From Bacteroidota bacterium (GTDB lineage: Bacteria > Bacteroidota > Ignavibacteria > UBA10030 > SZUA-254), in NCBI GenBank assembly GCA_044449065.1, contig JBIOHP010000005.1, positions 107,374-171,373 on the forward strand: a DNA stretch of 64,000 nucleotides, in the 5' to 3' direction. The translations under genes and the position numbers were made by a program. Position 1 is the stretch's first letter; every line of letters starts with the position of its first letter. Below are positions 28,146 to 36,202 of this stretch, one piece after another. The notes below the pieces were generated by a model. That model ran no database searches. It saw only the letters and a program-made list of their open reading frames with translations, and was not told the DNA's origin.

Positions 28146-29807
28146 TTATCTGATATAACTCATCTTTTTTGATTGCGCATAGTTCTTGGTTTTTATCTGG
28201 TAGAAATAAACCCCGCTGGGCTGGTTTGCCAAATCGAATTCCAGGGTATACTTTCCCGGGGCTTGATGTTCTTTATGGAATCGTTCTATTTCCTGACCAA
28301 GAATATTGAAGATTGCAATTTCAACATCTGTGATTTCAGGGAGAAAATAATCGATTCTGGTTATAGGATTAAATGGATTAGGATAATTATCAGATAGTGA
28401 ATATGATAAAGGGAGAATTATATTGTCGATGCGTACTTCGGTAATAATTCCCAAACTCCCATTTCTTCCTGTATGCTTCGCTTTTATCCATCCCTGAGTT
28501 GTCCAATATGAAATGATCGCACCGCCCATATTGTCTGAGGCGAGAGAAGGAAAATAGGCATTCGAGGGATCGGAGATTACGGTGAAAGAATCGGGCCAAA
28601 GCGGGCTGCCGGAAGTATCGAATTTTTGCGCATGACCGCTGACAAAAAAATATAAACCTAATTCCCCTTTGGAAGAAAACGTCATTGGAAATTCTTCACC
28701 GTGGATATCTAAACCATAATTCCGCCAATGTCCTCCATTTTTATCTATTCTTTGAGCGCGAGTTCTCCCGACCCCGGATGTATCCTGAAACGACCAAACG
28801 AAAAATACCCCCCCTAAATGATCTGGTATCAATGGATTCAATATACCAGCGTATCCACCGTTTGTTGGTTCAAAATGAATTTTGTATTGGGCATTCCACA
28901 ATGAATCCCCACTGTTCGAGATTTTTGTTATCTGTCCCAAAGTATAAGATTTTCCAAGACTATCTATGCCGGATCCAACATAAATATTATAGTAGCCGAC
29001 ACTATCTCTTTCTGAACCCAACATACCACGTCCTGTTATAATTGTTGGTGATATTATATTACCATCCAGATCGATCTCCTTCATACCACTTGTTGATTGA
29101 ATGTAAACCCGGGAGCCAATCCGTTTAACGTAGTCGAACTGGATTTGGCCCATCACTGAGACGGTATCATATCCTTTTTGCCAGAGCTTGTTGCCGTTAG
29201 CATCATAGCGGGCGCCCCACACCGTCTCCAAATTTGTCGAGCCCGTGTCCCCGAAGTTGTCTTCCTCAACTATAAAGATAACGCCGCTGGCTCCATCGGT
29301 TACGCCGTAAGCGTATTTTCGACCTCCTTGCAGCGGTCCAAAATTTATTCCTCCGGCATGCCACCGCACATTTCCATTCTTATCCACACGCTGAGCATAG
29401 AGAGCCCCATTATAGCAATAAGTCCCAGTTTCGTATGTGACACAGTGAGCGCCATGCACATCAGCCCACCAAAATATAACTCCTCCGTCGTTGTCGGATA
29501 TCAGCGGGATATATTGGTATTGTGAACCAGCAGAGTCGTATTGTGCCAACACCGGTTGAGACCAAATATTTTTACCATAGGGATCGAGCTTTTGGAGATA
29601 AATATAATCATTGAGGATCCCGGAAATGATGCAGCTCCCATCGTCATACGATACTATCTGTGAATATAAACCAGGAGTAACGATCAACCCGCTATCGGCA
29701 ACTGGGGAGGTAGACCACTGCCCATAACATTGCGCCTGCAATAAAAACCATAGCAATGCGCCTGCATTAAAAAAACTTAGCTTGGTAAATCGTATTTTTA
29801 TTCGCAT
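28146..29807 (-). CDS. secreted beta-propeller-like protein with a T9SS C-terminal sorting domain
   Basis: Signal peptide at the N-terminus. C-terminus YSLSDNYPNPFNPITRIDYFLPE...IFNILGQEI. Confidence 0.7.
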   Translation of the reverse strand: MRIKIRFTKLSFFNAGALLWFLLQAQCYGQWSTSPVADSGLIVTPGLYSQIVSYDDGSCIISGILNDYIYLQKLDPYGKNIWSQPVLAQYDSAGSQYQYIPLISDNDGGVIFWWADVHGAHCVTYETGTYCYNGALYAQRVDKNGNVRWHAGGINFGPLQGGRKYAYGVTDGASGVIFIVEEDNFGDTGSTNLETVWGARYDANGNKLWQKGYDTVSVMGQIQFDYVKRIGSRVYIQSTSGMKEIDLDGNIISPTIITGRGMLGSERDSVGYYNIYVGSGIDSLGKSYTLGQITKISNSGDSLWNAQYKIHFEPTNGGYAGILNPLIPDHLGGVFFVWSFQDTSGVGRTRAQRIDKNGGHWRNYGLDIHGEEFPMTFSSKGELGLYFFVSGHAQKFDTSGSPLWPDSFTVISDPSNAYFPSLASDNMGGAIISYWTTQGWIKAKHTGRNGSLGIITEVRIDNIILPLSYSLSDNYPNPFNPITRIDYFLPEITDVEIAIFNILGQEIERFHKEHQAPGKYTLEFDLANQPSGVYFYQIKTKNYAQSKKMSYIR

Positions 29808-30222
29808 GACACCGCCTCAAATATTACCAAAAGTTACGGAAAGATATTTGGAAAGTCAAGTAATTTCATGGAAAATTAAAAATATTTTTCACAGGAAGGC
29901 ATTTCCAATAAATCTAACTTTATAATTAACATAACTTTATGCCATGCCACAACAACGAACAGGAAATGCTTAAATATGAGGGAGTAACAGATAAGAGACA
30001 AATCGTTAAATCTCAAACGAGATTGAAACATACGCTCTTAAAGTGGAATGAACCACGTTGCAAAGAATTTGCCCGGTTGGTGCGTATATTTTTTCAATTT
30101 AATTACTCAATTTAAATACTCGCCGCGTTGTTGATACTTCCCAAAATTTCTCTTACATTGAAGAGAATTTAATTGATACATTATTTTGTTGCCATATACG
30201 TGAAGGAAACAACAATCCATCT

Positions 30223-31509
30223 ATGACAGTGGAACCATCGATACAATTACAGGAAGAGAATAACCGGCTGCGTAAGGCAGTGCAGGAGTTATCGGTCCTG
30301 AACGATCTCGCGCGCGATATCAGCTCAACCATGAGTCTTGACGAGGTGATCCAGAATATCGTCAAGCGGTCGGTGCGCGCCCTCCATTGCCAGCAGGGCA
30401 CCATTACGCTCGTCAACGAAGAGGTGCGCGATGAAATGAAAACATTCATCCGCACCAACGATTCCACCGCCAACCATGAGCAATTTCATCTCAATCAGAA
30501 CATCCTCGGCTGGATGATGCTGAATAAAAAACCGATGGTCTCGAACGACATCAGCACCGACGCGCGTTTTCAGGGCATTAAGGTCGATTCGGGCATGAAG
30601 TCGATCCTCTGCGTTCCCCTCCTCATCAAAAACGCCCTGATAGGTATCCTGACAGTTTTTAATAAAAAAGATAATACGGAATTCGGCGAGGATGATAAGC
30701 GCCTGCTAGCGATTATTGCCGCGCAATCGGCGCAGGTGTTGGAAAATGCGCGTCTGTACGACCAGGAGAAGAGCTTACTTGCCATGCAGGAACAGATGAA
30801 GCTTGCTCAAAAAATCCAGTACGATCTTCTCCCTAAAAAATCTCCGGAAATCCCCGGCTTTGATATCGTGGGAGCCACGTTTCCGGCTCAATCAATAGGC
30901 GGCGATTATTTTGATTTTATTCCGTTAGAATCCCAGCGGTGGGCGATTTGTCTCGGCGATGTTACCGGCAAAGGATTGCCGGCTTCATTATTGATGGCAA
31001 ACGTGCAAGCGACATTGCGCGGGCAGGCAATCGTCAGCACGCCGCCAAGCGAATGCCTTTCCCGCTCGAACCGGCTCCTGTACGACAGCACCAGCCCGGA
31101 AAAATTTGTGACCCTTTTTTACATCGTCATCGATCCGAACAATGATCACGTGGTGTTTTGCAATGCGGGACATGACCATCCGTATCTCCTAACCTCGACG
31201 GATCAAATTATCCGGCTGAAGACCGGCGGTCTCATGCTGGGAATTATGCCGTCGTATCCGTTCAAAGAAGAAACCATTTCATTCAAACCCGGAGATACGC
31301 TGGTGATGTATTCCGACGGCGTTCCCGAGGCAAGGAATAATGTCGGCGACTTCTTTGGGGATGAAGCGCTAGAAAAAATATTAATCGAACACCGATCACA
31401 ATCACCCGCTCATATTCTTAGTTCTGTTATCGAAGCCGTGAAGAAACATGCGGGAACCCATCCGCAATCGGACGATATTACGATCGTTGTCATAAGACGG
31501 ACTCCCTAA
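30223..31509 (+). CDS. GAF-domain-containing PP2C-type (SpoIIE/RsbU family) serine phosphatase
   Basis: N-terminal GAF-like region. PP2C/SpoIIE motifs GDVTGKGLPASLLMANVQATLR and MYSDGVPEA. Confidence 0.8.
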   Translation: MTVEPSIQLQEENNRLRKAVQELSVLNDLARDISSTMSLDEVIQNIVKRSVRALHCQQGTITLVNEEVRDEMKTFIRTNDSTANHEQFHLNQNILGWMMLNKKPMVSNDISTDARFQGIKVDSGMKSILCVPLLIKNALIGILTVFNKKDNTEFGEDDKRLLAIIAAQSAQVLENARLYDQEKSLLAMQEQMKLAQKIQYDLLPKKSPEIPGFDIVGATFPAQSIGGDYFDFIPLESQRWAICLGDVTGKGLPASLLMANVQATLRGQAIVSTPPSECLSRSNRLLYDSTSPEKFVTLFYIVIDPNNDHVVFCNAGHDHPYLLTSTDQIIRLKTGGLMLGIMPSYPFKEETISFKPGDTLVMYSDGVPEARNNVGDFFGDEALEKILIEHRSQSPAHILSSVIEAVKKHAGTHPQSDDITIVVIRRTP

Positions 31510-31736
31510 AAATCAAGAACTCCAAATCAGTTCCCCGCTGAAGTAGTCCCCTCCCCCGCCCGCCGTTAGTATCAAGGTTCAGTCTGAACCGGCGGGAAAG
31601 TTGAAATCTTTCTTCCACTCCATTTATTACCCGCTATTACACTTTAAGAATAATTTAATGAGGGAGATTACGAATAGTTAATCTCCTATGTTGAATAATT
31701 TCAAGAACCTAAGTTGTTCACCGACGAATCCCTTCT

Positions 31737-31863
31737 CTAGCAGGGTGTTGAAAAAGTATCGAATTAGGACGGGTCATTCCGAACTTGTTTCGGAATCTGT
31801 TCATTTTTAGACCCTGAAACAAGTTCAGGGTGACTCGGATTGGGTTTTTCAACACCTTGCTAG
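31737..31863. repeat. 127-nt composite palindromic element (MITE-like, or a structured RNA)
   Basis: 19-20-nt terminal inverted repeats, CTAGCAGGGTGTTGAAAAAG / GTTTTTCAACACCTTGCTAG, with one G-T position. They enclose two internal hairpins, ATTCCGAA-cttgt-TTCGGAAT and CCCTGAA-acaag-TTCAGGG, whose loops are complementary to each other. Confidence 0.55.
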
Positions 31864-32141
31864 TAAGCAAAAAATAGATTCCCACATCCCTTGGAATTCT
31901 TCATACTTCTTGTTAGATTTCAGACATAATCCTCTGATTTATAAAGATTTATAGCATCATTCAACAAGATACCGGACGCTCGACCTTATAATTGACGCAT
32001 CAACACTAAGCAGGATGTGCCAAATAAGATAGTTACAGGGCAATAGTTGCCCTCGTTACCCTGAAAGATCGTTAAAACATTCGAAACGAATAGAGTAAAA
32101 GTGGGGTTTAATATCAGTGTAACGATTAAGGAAGTATTGTT

Positions 32142-32900
32142 ATGTACATGAGATTGGTTGAAATGAAAGTTGATCCGGTAAAATTACCGGAAATGCGGGA
32201 ATTCTACGAACGGACGGCAATTCCCGCCCTTCATGCGGTGAGAGGATGTTTGTTCGCAACTCTCATACAAAGCAATGAACATATCGGAGAGTGCATATCA
32301 ATGACGCTATGGAATACTCAAGCTGAGGCGGAAGAATATGGGAAAAGCCGCATCTATTCAACCCTTGCAGAGAAGATTCGAACGTATTTATCCCATTCCA
32401 ATGAATGGAAAATTGAGCTTTCAAAAGATTTAACACTTGAAATGGTTCCAATACTTGAAGAACCTATTGTGAAATCGTATCCAATAGGAGCATTTGAAAA
32501 TGGGATAAACACGCCATCCGATACGCCGCAATTATTATACGTCAGGATAGTTGGACCTAAAATTCGACAAGGCATGTTGGAGGAATTCAAACAAATTTAT
32601 GCGAGGGAAATATTGCCTGTCTTAAAAAAAGTGCGCGGCTGCCGCTATGCTTTTGTTACCGTGGGTGGAAAAGATAAATCCGACGTCATGTCGGTGACGG
32701 TCTGGGATAGCCAAGCTGCCGCTGACGAGTACGAGGCAAGCGGACTCTTCGATCAGTTAAAAGAAAAGTTGATGCACACCTTCACAGAATTATACCAATG
32801 GAAAATGGGTCTCGATAAAGACACGGATACAAAAACTTTCACAAGCGACGATATGACCGTGAAACATTATCAAGTGGTTACGGGCGAAAGCTTCCGGTAG
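32142..32900 (+). CDS. tandem ABM (antibiotic-biosynthesis-monooxygenase-like) domain protein
   Basis: Internal duplication: residues ~1-110 and ~135-250 share ...PEMREFYERTAIPALHAVRGCLFATL...MTLWNTQAEAEEY versus ...LEEFKQIYAREILPVLKKVRGCRYAFV...VTVWDSQAAADEY. Confidence 0.6.
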   Translation: MYMRLVEMKVDPVKLPEMREFYERTAIPALHAVRGCLFATLIQSNEHIGECISMTLWNTQAEAEEYGKSRIYSTLAEKIRTYLSHSNEWKIELSKDLTLEMVPILEEPIVKSYPIGAFENGINTPSDTPQLLYVRIVGPKIRQGMLEEFKQIYAREILPVLKKVRGCRYAFVTVGGKDKSDVMSVTVWDSQAAADEYEASGLFDQLKEKLMHTFTELYQWKMGLDKDTDTKTFTSDDMTVKHYQVVTGESFR

Positions 32901-33079
32901 CGCAACACCGCATAATCCCGATTGCCTTTATCATTAGATACCCGCACCGGGCGTAAAAACCCGACGGTGAATCAACAGAATCGAACTTCTCATTGTTATT
33001 ACTTGTTATAAGTTAAATCATTACAATCATTAAACATACGTACGGTTATGGTCGGCCAAATCCCGAAGGGATCACTTTC

Positions 33080-33285
33080 GTGACAATATCCCAGTATAAG
33101 ATTTTAGAAAAACCCAGCCACAAAGACGGCGGGCAAGTCGGCGAAGGCGGCATGTCCCAAAATCACCCACGCGCGTTTTTTGCAAGTGGTTATGATTTTG
33201 CGGATCTCCCGTTGTTTGGATTCCGCTTTGACAACGGGATTCCAAAAAGCGGAACCGTTGAGCGAAGCGAGAACGGGAGCCCACT
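33080..33285 (+). promoter_or_regulatory. kinase leader element L1 (variant A): a uORF of about 69 codons ending in ATGA at the K1 start
   Basis: Degenerate copy of the kinase 5' end (GTG-TISQYKILEK), then the conserved block cccagccacaaagacggcgggcaagtcggcgaaggcggcatgtcccaaaatcacccacgcgcgttttttgcaagtgg...ggatctcccgttgtttggattccgctttgacaacgggattccaaaaagcggaaccgttgagcgaagcgagaacgggagcccactATG. Confidence 0.7.
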
Positions 33286-36015
33286 ATGATTGGGCAGACG
33301 ATATCTCACTACAAAATTCTTGAGAAATTGGGAGAGGGCGGAATGGGTGTTGTCTACAAAGCCCAGGATACAAAACTTGATCGCTTCGTCGCGTTAAAAT
33401 TCTTATCTCCTCATCTTGCCTCTTCGGAACAGGATAAGTCCCGTTTCACCCAGGAGGCGAAAGCCGCAGCGGCGCTCAATCATCCGAATATTTGCACGAT
33501 CATCGATATTCAGGAAAATGACGGCGTCATGTTTATCGTAATGGAATTTGTTGATGGTCAGACATTGCGCGAGAAAAAGGCATCCATCACGTTTAAACAG
33601 GCAATCGATATTGGAATTCAGATAGCGGAGGGTTTAGGCGCGGCTCATGATAAAGGCATCGTGCACAGGGATATCAAACCCGAAAACATCATGATCCGAA
33701 GGGATGGCATCGCGCAAATAATGGACTTTGGACTTGCGAAACTTCGCGGCAGCGTTACGCGGCTGACAAAAGAGGGGAGCACAATCGGCACGGCAGGATA
33801 TATGTCGCCGGAACAAGTGCAGGGACAGGATATCGACCACAGGTCGGATATATTTTCGTTTGGAGTTTTACTGTATGAACTTATCACCGGTCAGCTTCCG
33901 TTTAAGGGCGTACATGAAACTGCATTGATGTATGAAATTGTGAATATGGAAGCGCCGCCGATGTCTTCGATTAAACCGGACATAGAGGCAACCCTCGACG
34001 CGATTGTTCTGGAATGTTTAGAAAAAGATCCCAACGAACGAACGCAATCTGCCAAGCAGGTATCCATAGATTTAAAACATTTTAAACGCGAGTCAACGCG
34101 ACAGCGGGTCAGCCGCATCACAACGGCAAAGCCGGTACAATCATATTCAAATGTTAAGCAACCGGAACCGCAGAACATCCAGCTTTCCAAATCCACCGGA
34201 TTGGCAGGTAAAATACCCTGGTTAATTTCCATCGTCTGCCTGATTGGGTTCTCAGTATTTGCCGGTCTTTATTTGAAGCGCCAGAATATTGATCCCCAGA
34301 TGGTACAGTCATATATTCTCCCGCCCGAAAATTCCAGTTTTGCCACCCATTCCGGAAACACGGGAGAAGGACACCTTGCGCTTTCACCGGACGGAAGCAT
34401 GCTCGCCTTCGTGTGCGCTGATAGTGCGGGCAAAACTCACTTAATGGTCCGCCCTTTAAATTCTATCGATGCAAAAGAACTTCCTTCGACCCAGGAGGCG
34501 GGCTATCCGTTCTGGTCGCCGGATAATAGATACATTGGTTTTTTCCAGGGTGGAAAACTGAAAAAAATTGAAGCGTCCGGCGGACCTTCGTTGACGATAT
34601 GCGACGCAGCGGACGGACGCGGCGCATCATGGAATCAAGATGGAATAATCATACTGGCGCCAAACCCGGCCGGACCAATTTATCAGGTATCCGAGGCAGG
34701 CGGAACCCCTGTCGCCATCACAAAATTTGACACCACAAGACATACCCACTCGCACCGCTGGCCCTTCTTCCTGCCGGATGGAAAACATTTCCTCTATTTT
34801 TCACGATCAAGTTTTGGCGGCGTTGAACGGGAAGAGGACGCTCTTTATACCGCCTCCCTGGACGGAAAAGATAATAAACGACTTATACCTGCAAAGGCAA
34901 ATGTGGCATACGTTTCGGGTATGTTGATCTATTTAAGCGATAAAACGCTAATGGCGCAACGCTTCCAACCTGATAAACTTGAACTTATCGGGGAAGCCAA
35001 GCCGATAGCCGAACCTATTGAGTATGACCTGGATTATAATAGAGCGATTTTTACTGTGTCCCAGAATGGCATCCTCTGTTATCAATCACGAAGCACAAAA
35101 GTGGGCTGGCAGTTGGAATGGCTTGACCGCAAAGGCAATTTGGTGGGTAAAATTGGCGAACCTGCCCAGATAGGATCTGCGGCGCTATCACCCGACGAAA
35201 AAAAAATCGCCTATGATGTCTATGATCCTCAATCAAAAAATAAGGATATATGGATTTATGAGCTCGCGCGGGGAATTAAAACAAGATTTACCTTCGATCC
35301 CTCTGTAGACGAATTGCCAAATTGGTCGCCCGATGGCAGCAAGATTATATTTCATTCAGATCGAAAGGGACACTATGATTTGTACCAAAAAACAACTGAC
35401 GGAGAAGGGAGCGAGGATGTACTCCTTGAATCTCCAGAAGCGAAATTTCCTTACGATTTCTCGAGCGACGGTAAATATTTCACCTACTCAGCCAACGATT
35501 CCCATACCGGATCGGACATCTGGATTCTTCCACTCACCGGCGACAGAAAACCAATCAGATTAGTGCAATCGGAATTCGATGATGATGTTTCACACTTTTC
35601 AAGGGATATGCGGTGGATTTCCTACCGGTCGAATGAATCAGGCAACTACGAACTTTATGTCCGACCATTTCTGGATGCTGAAGGGAAAATAGCAACTACC
35701 CAGGCGCGTAAATGGCAAATATCCGTGAATGGAATCGCGGTCAATTCAAGTGAGGAATGGAGCAAAAATGGGAAGGAATTTTATTACCTCTCCCAGGATA
35801 ATAAATTTATCGCGGTTGAGGTCAGGACAAACGGATCATCGTTCGAGATTGGCAACTCAAACGAATTGTTTGACGTCAAATCGAATACCGCTATTTCTTT
35901 TGTCGATGCAAGCGCTGACGGAAATAAATTTCTTTTCATCGTCACTGTAGGCGGAGAGGTTCATCCTCCCATTACACTGGTGACAAATTGGGATAAGGAA
36001 CTTAAGAACCAATGA
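33286..36015 (+). CDS. receptor Ser/Thr protein kinase K1: Hanks-type kinase, TM helix, PD40/TolB-like beta-propeller
   Basis: Gly-loop LGEGGMGVVYKA, VALKFL, HRDIKPENIM, DFG and GTAGYMSPE. TM helix IPWLISIVCLIGFSVFAGLYL. Repeated SPDG/FSPDG propeller motifs, 909 aa. Confidence 0.9.
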   Translation: MIGQTISHYKILEKLGEGGMGVVYKAQDTKLDRFVALKFLSPHLASSEQDKSRFTQEAKAAAALNHPNICTIIDIQENDGVMFIVMEFVDGQTLREKKASITFKQAIDIGIQIAEGLGAAHDKGIVHRDIKPENIMIRRDGIAQIMDFGLAKLRGSVTRLTKEGSTIGTAGYMSPEQVQGQDIDHRSDIFSFGVLLYELITGQLPFKGVHETALMYEIVNMEAPPMSSIKPDIEATLDAIVLECLEKDPNERTQSAKQVSIDLKHFKRESTRQRVSRITTAKPVQSYSNVKQPEPQNIQLSKSTGLAGKIPWLISIVCLIGFSVFAGLYLKRQNIDPQMVQSYILPPENSSFATHSGNTGEGHLALSPDGSMLAFVCADSAGKTHLMVRPLNSIDAKELPSTQEAGYPFWSPDNRYIGFFQGGKLKKIEASGGPSLTICDAADGRGASWNQDGIIILAPNPAGPIYQVSEAGGTPVAITKFDTTRHTHSHRWPFFLPDGKHFLYFSRSSFGGVEREEDALYTASLDGKDNKRLIPAKANVAYVSGMLIYLSDKTLMAQRFQPDKLELIGEAKPIAEPIEYDLDYNRAIFTVSQNGILCYQSRSTKVGWQLEWLDRKGNLVGKIGEPAQIGSAALSPDEKKIAYDVYDPQSKNKDIWIYELARGIKTRFTFDPSVDELPNWSPDGSKIIFHSDRKGHYDLYQKTTDGEGSEDVLLESPEAKFPYDFSSDGKYFTYSANDSHTGSDIWILPLTGDRKPIRLVQSEFDDDVSHFSRDMRWISYRSNESGNYELYVRPFLDAEGKIATTQARKWQISVNGIAVNSSEEWSKNGKEFYYLSQDNKFIAVEVRTNGSSFEIGNSNELFDVKSNTAISFVDASADGNKFLFIVTVGGEVHPPITLVTNWDKELKNQ

Positions 36016-36202
36016 TTGGTCAAACCATCTCACAATACACTATTATTGAAAAGCTGGGAGAGGGCGGCATGTCCCAAACTTTCCCACGAGCGCAGCGAGT
36101 GGAAGAAAGTTTGAGGATCTCCCGTTGTTTGGATTCCGCTTTGACAACGGGATTCCAAAAAGCGGAACCGCTGGAACACAGTGGAAGCGGGAGGCGTGGA
36201 CT
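36012..36202 (+). promoter_or_regulatory. kinase leader element L2 (variant B, lacking the 27-nt CCCGCC..GGCGGG hairpin insert)
   Basis: The uORF ATG overlaps the K1 stop (ATGA at 36012-36015). The uORF MIGQTISQYTIIEKLGEGGMSQTFPRAQ... ends in ATGA at the K2 ATG (36203). Confidence 0.7.

Noticed and set aside
23826-29955. A shared 12-mer, caggaaatgctt, near two T9SS genes (23848-23859 and 29943-29954), considered as a possible regulatory motif
   Set aside because: Only two occurrences were seen. One is downstream of a gene and the other upstream of a different gene. A 12-nt match at this distance can arise by chance.
33080-33289. Treating the leader uORFs as pseudogenised kinase fragments, or annotating them as protein-coding genes
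   Set aside because: The leader is present before the first kinase as well. It keeps intact start and stop overlaps in all copies. Its conserved block is read in different frames in the two variants. Only ~20 codons resemble the kinase. These points fit a regulatory leader or uORF better than a decayed gene or a functional small protein.
36125-36202. An N-terminal extension of the K2, K4, K9 and K10 kinase ORFs from a TTG 78 nt upstream (MFGFRFDNGIPKSGTAGTQWKREAWT-MIGQ...)
   Set aside because: The extension exists only in variant-B leaders and starts at a TTG inside the conserved structured region. Variant-A genes lack it. All ten kinases align from the MIGQTISHYKILEK ATG, which has a GGGAG ribosome-binding site 8-10 nt upstream. 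The ATG starts are used.
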